Shown here piece after piece: positions 16,033 through 27,340 of a stretch of DNA of 35,206 bases. The position numbers and the translations under genes are program-made. The notes under the pieces are model-generated. The model worked only from the letters and a program-made list of their open reading frames with translations. It was not told where the DNA came from and did not search any database. This DNA comes from Kofleriaceae bacterium (lineage in GTDB: Bacteria; Myxococcota_A; Polyangia; Haliangiales; Haliangiaceae): positions 1 to 35,206 of the forward strand of contig JBKJLC010000212.1 in NCBI GenBank assembly GCA_046597055.1, read 5' to 3'. Numbering within the stretch: the stretch's first letter is position 1; the number at the start of each line of letters is the position of its first letter.

Positions 16033-16259
16033 TATTCAGGCAAGGGGCAGACGCTGAAACTATACTTAAGCTGCTGTAATTGCTTACATAAAAACTGAAT
16101 AAAAGTTCATGAAACAGACTCGGAAATCTCGTTCATCGCCCAGCTGGGCCGTCCAGGACGGGCGAATTCCGTTCACGGAACCGACCAGGGACGACGGCAG
16201 GTGGGATCGCTCGATCCCGTGGCGACTCGTCATCGAGGCTGAGGGCAGGGGCGAGCCGC

Positions 16260-18197
16260 TTACAGGTCGAGCCCGTCGGCCTTGCAGGCGCGCCGCACGG
16301 CGCGCGTGACCTGCGGACGCGAAACCCGTCGCAAGGCCGCCGACGCTGCCTCGCGATCCCCGAGGGCACACGCTGCCCGCGCCCGCAGCGCCCACGCGTT
16401 CTGAGCCTTGGGATGTTCGTTGGTCAGCCGCTTGGCGATCCGCAGCGCCTCGTCCGGATCCCCGCTCGCGAGCGCGCGGTCGCCGGCCGCGATTCCCTGG
16501 CGCAGGGTCGGGTCGTCGTCCCCGCCCGCGTCAGGGTCGGCCGCCACACCCGCATCCGGCTTCGCCCGCGCGGTCCCCACGTCGACGCGCGGCCGCGCAC
16601 CAGCATCGGTCGGCGCAGCCGTGCCCGCATCGACCGCGACCGCCGGACCGCCCTCGAGCCCGTCGACGCCCGCCGGCGCAGCGTCCGCCATGGCGAGCGC
16701 GTTCGGGCCTGCATCGACCCCGAGTCCAGCCGCGACGGCACTACCGCCACCGCTGTTGCCGGCGCTGCCGCTGCCGCTGCCGGTGCTGCCGCTGCCGCTG
16801 CCGCTGCTGCTGCTGCTGCTGCTGCCGCTGCTGCTATTGCTGCTCGTGTTGGCCGCGCCACCGCCGCCACCCCCGACCGCCAGCACCACCGCGACCGCAA
16901 CCCCGGCCGCCAGCACCGCCGTGACCGCAATGATCACCCCGGTCCGGCTCTTCCCGCCCGCCCCCGGTTCCGTCCTCCCCCCCGGTATCGGCACGGTATC
17001 CGCGGGCCCCTCGTCTCCCATCACCCCCATGCCCGCCAACGTCCCGCCCCCGCCGCTCCCCATCACCCCTCGCGCACTCTCACCCGCACCGCGGTCCCCT
17101 GGCACCCCGGCCATCGTCTGCGCGGCCGCCAGTGACGTCCGCACGTCCGCCACCATCGCGCCCGCGTGATCGCCAGATCCGACGGTCGCCGCGAACGCAT
17201 CCTGCCCGGTCGCCCGCGGCCCCCCGAGGCTCCCGCCGGGCCCGCCCGCCCCGCCCGGGCTCAGCGCCGCGGTCGCCACACCACTCGGCGTGCCATCACC
17301 CGGCGCGGCCACCAGCCCGCGCCGGCCTGTCTGCAGCGGAGCGCCGGTGAGCGCCTCGACGAAGCTGCCCACGTCGTCCCACCGATCGGCCGACTTCTTT
17401 TCGAGCGCGCGGTGCACCGCCGCGACCACGTACGGCGGCAGCCCCGGCATCCGGTCCGCCAGCGACGGCGCCTCCTCGTACACCACCTTGAACACGACCT
17501 CGGGAATCGTCATCCCGCCGAACACCGGCGCCCCGCACAGCATCTCGTACACGACCGCGCCGAGCGCGAACACGTCGGTGCGGCCGTCGACCGCGTCGTG
17601 GCGGCCCGTCGCCTGCTCGGGCGACATGTACTGCGGCGTGCCGAGCATCGCGCTGTCCTGCGTCTTCACCGTGGTCGAGCCGCGGATCTTCGAGATGCCG
17701 AAGTCGAGGACCTTGGCCTTGACGCCCATCCCGTCGTCGGTCGGGACCAGGAAGATGTTCTGCGGCTTCAGATCGCGATGCACGATGTGCTCGCGATGCG
17801 CGGCGGCCAGCGCCGAGCCGACCTGGCGCACCACCAGCGCGACCTCGTCGAGCGACATCGGCCCGCGGCGCAGGCGGTCGGCCAGCGACTCGCCGCGCAG
17901 CAGCTCGAGCACGATGTACGGCGTGCCGTCGGGCAGCTGGTTCCAGTCGTGGACCTCGACGATGTTGGGATGACCCAGCCGGGACGCGATCTCGGCCTCG
18001 CGTCGGAAGCGGGCGAGCGCCTCGCTGTCGGCGACGTCGGGGTGCAGCACCTTGATGGCGACCTTCTTGCCCGGCAAGCGCGCGTGGCTGGCGATGAAGA
18101 CCTCGCCCATCCCGCCGGTCCCGATCAGCCCCTCGATCGTGTACGTGCCCGCGATCACGGACCCCACGGCCAGCGCGCGGGCGGATGAATGGGCCAT
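16260..18197 (-). CDS. Membrane-anchored Hanks-type Ser/Thr protein kinase with a C-terminal TPR-like helical domain
   Basis: IGTGGMGEVF, VAIK, HRDLKPQN, DFG, GTPQYMSPE, TDVFALG. TM VIIAVTAVLAAGVAVAVVLAV, Ser/Gly linker, two Cys in the terminal helical hairpin. Start is 18197 or 18206. Confidence 0.95.
   Translation of the reverse strand: MAHSSARALAVGSVIAGTYTIEGLIGTGGMGEVFIASHARLPGKKVAIKVLHPDVADSEALARFRREAEIASRLGHPNIVEVHDWNQLPDGTPYIVLELLRGESLADRLRRGPMSLDEVALVVRQVGSALAAAHREHIVHRDLKPQNIFLVPTDDGMGVKAKVLDFGISKIRGSTTVKTQDSAMLGTPQYMSPEQATGRHDAVDGRTDVFALGAVVYEMLCGAPVFGGMTIPEVVFKVVYEEAPSLADRMPGLPPYVVAAVHRALEKKSADRWDDVGSFVEALTGAPLQTGRRGLVAAPGDGTPSGVATAALSPGGAGGPGGSLGGPRATGQDAFAATVGSGDHAGAMVADVRTSLAAAQTMAGVPGDRGAGESARGVMGSGGGGTLAGMGVMGDEGPADTVPIPGGRTEPGAGGKSRTGVIIAVTAVLAAGVAVAVVLAVGGGGGGAANTSSNSSSGSSSSSSSGSGSGSTGSGSGSAGNSGGGSAVAAGLGVDAGPNALAMADAAPAGVDGLEGGPAVAVDAGTAAPTDAGARPRVDVGTARAKPDAGVAADPDAGGDDDPTLRQGIAAGDRALASGDPDEALRIAKRLTNEHPKAQNAWALRARAACALGDREAASAALRRVSRPQVTRAVRRACKADGLDL
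16764..16844. repeat. Low-complexity (GCT)n/(GCTGCC)n tract encoding the kinase Ser/Gly linker
   Basis: gctgccgctgccgctgcc...gctgctgctgctgctgctgctg encodes SSNSSSGSSSSSSSGSGSGSTGSGSGS on the minus strand. Confidence 0.9.
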
Positions 18198-18223
18198 CGC
18201 GGTCATCGTATAGTGAAGATCAC

Positions 18224-19021
18224 ATGCGCGCAGCCCCGTCCGCCGTTGCCACCGCCGCGATCGCCTCGTTGCTCCTCGTTGCCACCCACGAGTCGGCCTC
18301 GGCCCGGCCGCGCAAGAAGACGGTCAAGGACGACGTCGAGGACATCAGCAAGGCCAAGCCGGACCTGGTGGTCCTGCGCGACGACGAGGGCGACGTCTAC
18401 GTCCTGGAGAACGCCTGGAAGGCCGAGCACTGGCTGTTCTACGGCGACGGCAAGACGATGTACCGGCAGCGCGTGTTCGGCGGCGGCGCCGACGGCTCGG
18501 CCGGCACGTTCTCCTACAACATCTGGTCGCCGCGGGTCGCGCGCGCCGAGCTCGGCAAGCGCAAGGGCAACGAGTACTACCTGACCTGCGGCGACGAGGA
18601 CGTGATCCTCAAGAAGGTGCCCGACGCCGACGCGCGCAAGGTGCTCGACGGCGCCGCCTTCAAGAAGTCGTACTGGAAGCGCCAGGCCGCCGCGCTCGCC
18701 CGCGACGACGCCGGCAACTACTACTACGTCGACCGCATGCGCGACGAGTTCGGTGGCAAGGCCCACCGCACCTTCGCCGGCCCCAAGGGCGGCATGAAGG
18801 AGCTGCCCATGACCAACGTGGTCTCGGATTCGGTCGGCGAGATCTACGCGACCAAGCGCGGCGAGCTGCGGTTCGTGACCTCGGGCGGCACCGCGAAGTG
18901 GATCAAGGGCAACGTCAAGCTCGACCTCACGATCATCCCGCCGTCCGACAACATCCAGCTGATCTACAGCGAGCTCGGCGTGTACGACGGCTCGCTCGGC
19001 ACGCCCTGCGACGACATGTGA
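18224..19021 (+). CDS. Secreted hypothetical protein, beta-rich
   Basis: ATG 18224. Signal peptide MRAAPSAVATAAIASLLLVATHESASA. Motifs LFYGDGKTMYRQ, LARDDAGNYYYVD, NVVSDSVGEIYAT and C-terminal LGTPCDDM. Very strong GC3 bias. Confidence 0.85.
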   Translation: MRAAPSAVATAAIASLLLVATHESASARPRKKTVKDDVEDISKAKPDLVVLRDDEGDVYVLENAWKAEHWLFYGDGKTMYRQRVFGGGADGSAGTFSYNIWSPRVARAELGKRKGNEYYLTCGDEDVILKKVPDADARKVLDGAAFKKSYWKRQAAALARDDAGNYYYVDRMRDEFGGKAHRTFAGPKGGMKELPMTNVVSDSVGEIYATKRGELRFVTSGGTAKWIKGNVKLDLTIIPPSDNIQLIYSELGVYDGSLGTPCDDM

Positions 19022-19346
19022 TCACCCTCCGGGCGTGGCGGGCACGCGCCGCGACGCCGCGGGTCCGGCGGGGTGAGCGTGGCGTCGCTGGCGGTGGGCT
19101 CCGGCGGGATCGCAGGCAGCCGGGGCTCCGGTTCGTCACGCGAGCGCGACCGTGCCGCCCCAGGGCGGACGTGAACCAAGGTGACGACGCCGGGGTTCCC
19201 GGCCAGGACCACCCCGGGCCGCGCGACGAACGCAAGGCATCGAACCGCCTTGCCATGGCCGCATGATCCGCCGGCGGTCGGGCCGGTGCGCGCGCCCGCC
19301 GGGCGTTGAGCCGCTCGCGGGCGCGGTATACGCTGGCGACGTGCAA

Positions 19347-20786
19347 ATGAGACGGGTTCTCGCCGTGGCGACCATGGCGATCGGGACGCTGGCCTCCAGC
19401 TGTTTCACCGTGACCAACGAGCTCTTCTGTTGCTCCACCGAGGCGTCGTGCGCCGACCGGGGCGTGACCTCGATCAAAGGTTGCGACCCCAGGTCGAAGT
19501 TGAACGTCTGCGACGACCAGGGCGTGATCGGTGGCGTTTCCAACACGTGCGTCGAGGATCCGATCAGCTCGCCGTGCGACGAGGTGCTCATGTGCGCCAC
19601 CCCGGCCCGGCCGGTGTGCGACGATGACACCGACAGCTGCGTGCGGTGCACCGCCTCCGCCGAGTGCGCCGCCTTTCCGGCCGAGCCGCTGTGCTCGCCG
19701 ACCAGCGGCGAGTGCGTCGAGTGCCTGACCGCGTCCGACTGCGCCGATCCGGATCGACCGGTCTGCGGCAGCAGCAGCGCGTGTCGCGCGTGCGTCGCGC
19801 ATGACGAGTGCGCGTCCGGCGCCTGCGACAAGGTGACTGGCGCGTGCGTGGCCGAGGCCGAGCTGGTCTTCGTCGACCCGACCGGCGGCGGGACGGCCTG
19901 CACGCGGGCGGCGCCGTGCGCGACCATCGCCGCCGGCGTCGCCGCGACCAGCATCACCCGCCGCTTCGTGCAGGTGAGCCCGGCCAGCTACAGCGAGCGG
20001 GTCGCGGTCGTGGGCCGCAGCTTCACGCTGCTCGGCGCGGGCGCCGATCTCAGCGCGATGACGATCGGCCCACTGTTCGACATCCAGGCCGCCAGCACCG
20101 TGACCATCGAGGGCTTGCGCATTCACGACGGTGCCGGCTCGATGGCCGCCACCCTGGGCGACGGTGTCCGCTGTTCGGACAACAACGGGCCGTCGACGGT
20201 GACGCTGCGCGACGTCCGGCTCGAGAACAACAGCGGGCGTGGGGTGGTCGCGACGAACTGCACGGTCACGGTGGCCGGTGGTCGCGTCTCCGGCAACGTG
20301 GTCGGCGGCGTCCAGGTGACCGGCGGCAACGCGACGATCCGGAACAACTTCATCGCGCGCAACGGCGGTCCCAATTCGACCATCGGCGGAGTCGACCTGG
20401 TCACCCCGGCCATGCTGGTCTTCGAGTTCAACACGGTCGTCGACAACATGACCACGACCGGCTTCGCCGCCGGCGTGCAGTGCCGGTCGGGCATCGCGCG
20501 GACGCTGGCCAACAACATCGTGGTCGGCCAGGTGTCCGATCAGGTCTCGGCCACCAACTGCACGTTCGCGTACACCCTCTCCAACGAGGTGATCGGCGGG
20601 GCCACCAACAGCACGACGGCGCCCGGCTTCGTGGATGGCCCGTCGGGCGACTTCCACCTGGTGCCCGGCTCGGCCGGGATCGACGCCGCCGACCCGGCCG
20701 CCACGCTCGCGGTCGACATCGATGGCCAGCCGCGTCCGGTGCCGGGGGCCGGGCGCGCCGACATCGGCGCCGACGAGGTCCAGTGA
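19347..20786 (+). CDS. Cys-rich lipoprotein with right-handed parallel beta-helix repeats and a choice-of-anchor-Q-like C-terminus
   Basis: Lipobox LASSC. Repeats CVRCTASAEC, CVECLTASDC, CRACVAHDEC. Motif CTRAAPCATI. Asn-ladder strands (IRNNFIARN, FNTVVDN). C-terminus DFHLVPGSAGIDAA...DIDGQPRP...DIGADE. In-frame GTG at 19341 is an alternative start. Confidence 0.85.
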   Translation: MRRVLAVATMAIGTLASSCFTVTNELFCCSTEASCADRGVTSIKGCDPRSKLNVCDDQGVIGGVSNTCVEDPISSPCDEVLMCATPARPVCDDDTDSCVRCTASAECAAFPAEPLCSPTSGECVECLTASDCADPDRPVCGSSSACRACVAHDECASGACDKVTGACVAEAELVFVDPTGGGTACTRAAPCATIAAGVAATSITRRFVQVSPASYSERVAVVGRSFTLLGAGADLSAMTIGPLFDIQAASTVTIEGLRIHDGAGSMAATLGDGVRCSDNNGPSTVTLRDVRLENNSGRGVVATNCTVTVAGGRVSGNVVGGVQVTGGNATIRNNFIARNGGPNSTIGGVDLVTPAMLVFEFNTVVDNMTTTGFAAGVQCRSGIARTLANNIVVGQVSDQVSATNCTFAYTLSNEVIGGATNSTTAPGFVDGPSGDFHLVPGSAGIDAADPAATLAVDIDGQPRPVPGAGRADIGADEVQ

Positions 20787-20807
20787 AGCGGTGTCGCCCG
20801 TCCTCGA

Positions 20808-22226
<1,419 letters not shown>

Positions 22227-22358
22227 CCCGGATTGGTACCGCCTTCTGTGCCTGGGAACCAGGCCGAGTGCCGGGCCGACCTGCCCGAAATGTCGGGTGG
22301 GTCGGCGGGTGCGAGCCGCGACGAAGTGGGCCAGAATAGTCGGGTCATGGTGATCCGG

Positions 22359-22691
22359 ATGTCCGACGAGAAGAAGCCGCCCCCGTCGACGCGGGGCGAG
22401 ACCGGCGTCGCTCTCGAGGAGCGCACCCGCACCAAGAAGCCACCGATGTACAAGGTGCTGCTCCACAACGACGACTACACGACCAAGGAGTTCGTGGTCT
22501 TCGTGCTGCAGAGCATCTTCCAGCGCAGCGAGCCCGAGGCGGTCTCCATCATGAGCCACGTGCACGGCCACGGGGTCGGGGTCGCGGGCGTCTACACCTT
22601 CGAGATCGCCGAGACCAAGGTCACCAAGACCGTGCAGCTCGCGCGCTCCCACGAGTATCCCCTGCAGCTCTCGATCGAGCCCACCGAGTGA
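22359..22691 (+). CDS. clpS: ATP-dependent Clp protease adaptor ClpS
   Basis: PPMYKVLLHNDDYTTKEFVV...VHGHGVGVAGVYTFEIAETK...YPLQLSIEP, directly upstream of clpA. Alternative start 22347. Confidence 0.97.
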   Translation: MSDEKKPPPSTRGETGVALEERTRTKKPPMYKVLLHNDDYTTKEFVVFVLQSIFQRSEPEAVSIMSHVHGHGVGVAGVYTFEIAETKVTKTVQLARSHEYPLQLSIEPTE

Positions 22692-22709
22692 CCACGGAGT
22701 AATCTCGCC

Positions 22710-25022
<2,313 letters not shown>

Positions 25023-25044
25023 AAGGCGCGTGGGACCCGGGGGC

Positions 25045-25317
25045 TCAGCGGGTTTGAAGCAGCGTGCGGTCTGCCTGGACCAGGATCGCGTGCGAGATCA
25101 GGATGCCGGCCACGCTGGCCTCGATCCAGCCCAGGGGCCGGATGGCCTCGGCCACCGCCATCAGGTGTTCTGGCGTCGTGATCCGGATGAGCTTGGCGCC
25201 CTTGAGGGTGCTCGACAGCAGCATCGACCCGCGCTGTTCGCCCAGGTAGTGGGTGAAGCGCGACGCGGCGAAGTCGTGGAGATCGAGGCGCACGCCTTGT
25301 CCCAGAGCAACCTGCAT
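25045..25317 (-). CDS. Small helical hypothetical protein (about 90 aa)
   Basis: MQVALGQGVRLDLHDFAASRFTHYLGEQRGSMLLSSTLKGAKLIRITTPEHLMAVAEAIRPLGWIEASVAGILISHAIL. GC3-biased codons. Start uncertain. Confidence 0.65.
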   Translation of the reverse strand: MQVALGQGVRLDLHDFAASRFTHYLGEQRGSMLLSSTLKGAKLIRITTPEHLMAVAEAIRPLGWIEASVAGILISHAILVQADRTLLQTR

Positions 25318-25472
25318 GCCCACCGTTACCCCGGGATTTCGATGCGGGACCGATGCAGGAGCGCACACGTGCGGAAAACCGGCACGCGCCCTGCGCCCAC
25401 GGTCCGGACTTTCCGTATGTACGGATACGGACTCAACTTCACCATGTGCTACCAAAGGACGCGGAGGCCCTG

Positions 25473-25577
25473 ATGACCCGTCAACCGTCCAAGAATCTGC
25501 GCTGGGATCGCATCCTCATCGTCCTGCTCGTGATGGGCGGGGCTGGTTTCGCGGCCTACTGGTTCGGCTTGAAGTGA
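25473..25577 (+). CDS. 34-aa single-TM small protein
   Basis: GGAGG at 25463-25467 then ATG. MTRQPSKNLRWDRILIVLLVMGGAGFAAYWFGLK: basic N-terminus followed by a TM helix. Confidence 0.65.
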   Translation: MTRQPSKNLRWDRILIVLLVMGGAGFAAYWFGLK

Positions 25578-25684
25578 CCCTCGATCGCCTCGGCAACCCG
25601 TAGCGGGTTGGCCATGATGGTCAGCGTGAACGGCGCCGCGCCGGCCGAGGGCCTGCGACGGACGTGGTAACGGTCGGACAGGCG

Positions 25685-26551
25685 ATGCGTCCTCCCCGGC
25701 CCCCTCCGCGACCGCCTTGGCCGGCGCGCCGGCCGCCGCGCGATCGCGGCTACCTGTACGTGCCGGATCACGTCGACGGCTCGGACCGCGCCGAGATCCT
25801 GGCCTGGCTGGCGACCCTGCAGCCGCTGTGGGAGCAGCGCTACTCGACGCGGCGCCCGCCGCCGCCCGGCAAGGAGCCACGGCCGCTGCTACGCCCGGTG
25901 TACTGGCTCGGCAACTGGCAGTTCGCCTGCCTCGGCTATTACGAGCCGCCCGGCGGCGTCCGCGATCGCTGCGTCGAGGCCGAGCCGTTCCCGCCGGTGC
26001 TCGCGCGCCTGGTTGCTGATGTGGAGGCGCGGGTCCGGCGCACGTTTCCGCCAGCCGACGTGCCGGCCGACTGGCACCTCAACACCTGCCTGGTGAACTT
26101 CTACGGCAGCCGGCGCGAGGGCACGCGCTGGGTCGACGTGGCCCGGGTCGGCGAGCATCGCGATCGCGAGCCGGGGCCGGTGGCGTCGATCTCGATCGGC
26201 GAGCGTGCGCTGTTCCAGTTCATCGCGCCGGGCCGCGGCGCCGATCGCGCGCCAGTGCGCACCCAGTGGCTCGACGACGGCTCCTTGCAGGTGTTCGCCG
26301 GCCCGCAGTGGAAGGACCAGCTGCTCCACCGGGTGCAGCGGGTCGACGATCGCCGCTCGATCGAGCTGCCGCCGGCGATCGACGGGTTCCGCACCCGGCG
26401 CGTCAACTTCACGTTCCGCTTCGTGCCAGATCGCCACATCGTGCCGTATCGGGGCCTCGGCGCCGACGCGCAGGCCGACGTGCGCGGGTATCTCGAGCAG
26501 CTGGCGGTGAGCGTGCCCCACTTTCGCGACGCGTTGACTGCCGCGCGGTGA
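25685..26551 (+). CDS. AlkB-family 2OG-Fe(II) dioxygenase
   Basis: LNTCLVNFY, VGEHRD (HxD), VASISIGERALF, LLHRV (His) and RRVNFTFR (2OG-binding Arg motif). Confidence 0.88.
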   Translation: MRPPRPPPRPPWPARRPPRDRGYLYVPDHVDGSDRAEILAWLATLQPLWEQRYSTRRPPPPGKEPRPLLRPVYWLGNWQFACLGYYEPPGGVRDRCVEAEPFPPVLARLVADVEARVRRTFPPADVPADWHLNTCLVNFYGSRREGTRWVDVARVGEHRDREPGPVASISIGERALFQFIAPGRGADRAPVRTQWLDDGSLQVFAGPQWKDQLLHRVQRVDDRRSIELPPAIDGFRTRRVNFTFRFVPDRHIVPYRGLGADAQADVRGYLEQLAVSVPHFRDALTAAR

Positions 26552-26654
26552 GACCTGGCGAAGCTTCGACAGGTGCCGTCGGGTACCGCGACGGGTCTGT
26601 CACGTGGTAGCTCCAACGCCGCCACCATTCGCACCCTTGGGCGTTGGGTGTGTG

Positions 26655-26670
26655 TGGTCCATTGCTTGCT
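26655..26670 (+). promoter_or_regulatory. Candidate sigma54 (-24/-12) promoter TGGTCCATTGCTTGCT
   Basis: GG (26656-26657)-N10-GC (26668-26669) in a TGG...TTGCT context, 34 nt before the ATG. AGGAG SD at 26692-26696. Confidence 0.55.
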
Positions 26671-26704
26671 CTGCGCCACCTCGACCAAGTCAGGAGCTCT
26701 CGAC

Positions 26705-27340
26705 ATGCGGACTCTCGCGCTCGCGCTGGCGTTGGCCCTGCCCGGCTGCGCCCTACTCAGCGCCAAGGCACCCAACCCACAACGACGGGTCGACCAGGCA
26801 CCGGATTGCCACTCGGGCAAGACCGGCGTCGCGGTCGACGGAATCATGACCGGTACCTTGGGGCTCATGGCGATCGGGATCAGCGGCGAGTCCGCCGGGG
26901 CCGGAGTCGTGACCGGCTTGATCGCGGCCGCGTACCTCGGCTCGGCGCTCTCCGGCAACAGCTCTGCCGACAAGTGCCGCGCAGCGGTGGCGGAGCACGA
27001 TGCGCACGCGGCCCGGCGCGGGCAGCTCGGCGGGCTCCCGATCGCGCCACCGTCCGGCTCACCGGACGAGGACGGCGACGATCCCGACGAGCGGAACCGG
27101 CGGCGCCCCCCGCTGGCGGTACGGCCGGCGACGCCGACCCCGGCGCGACCGACCGCCCCGGCCCCGGCCCGGCCCACCGCCCCGGCGCCCGGGCGGCCGA
27201 CGGCGGCTGCGCCGACCCCGCCCGCGGCTCCCGCCGCGACCGCGACCGGCGATGACGAGACCGACGATGCCGCCCCGGCACCGGCTGACGATGCCGGCGG
27301 CGATCTGTGGAACGACTTCTGGCAGGAGGTGCCTCGATGA
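26705..27340 (+). CDS. Putative lipoprotein with a Cys-flanked Gly-rich hydrophobic hairpin and Pro-rich tail
   Basis: MRTLALALALALPGC lipobox. Cys...two Gly-rich hydrophobic segments...Cys, then Pro/Ala repeats and acidic-aromatic end DLWNDFWQEVPR. Confidence 0.78.
   Translation: MRTLALALALALPGCALLSAKAPNPQRRVDQAPDCHSGKTGVAVDGIMTGTLGLMAIGISGESAGAGVVTGLIAAAYLGSALSGNSSADKCRAAVAEHDAHAARRGQLGGLPIAPPSGSPDEDGDDPDERNRRRPPLAVRPATPTPARPTAPAPARPTAPAPGRPTAAAPTPPAAPAATATGDDETDDAAPAPADDAGGDLWNDFWQEVPR
27143..27214 (+). repeat. Three degenerate 24-nt tandem repeats (ARPTAPAP / ARPTAPAP / GRPTAAAP)
   Basis: Read directly in frame within the lipoprotein linker. Confidence 0.8.

Noticed and set aside
16764..16844. 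Microsatellite as a phase-variation switch or CRISPR-like array
   Set aside because: Repeat units are 3 or 6 nt and in frame, encoding a Ser/Gly linker. There are no spacers and no frameshift potential.
19022..19300. ncRNA or sigma54 promoter in the intergenic gap (GCGACGCC/GGCGTCGC and GCAAGGC/GCCTTGC inverted repeats)
   Set aside because: Such stems are expected by chance at this GC content, no RNA family is recognisable, and the GG-GC spacing is 11 rather than 10.
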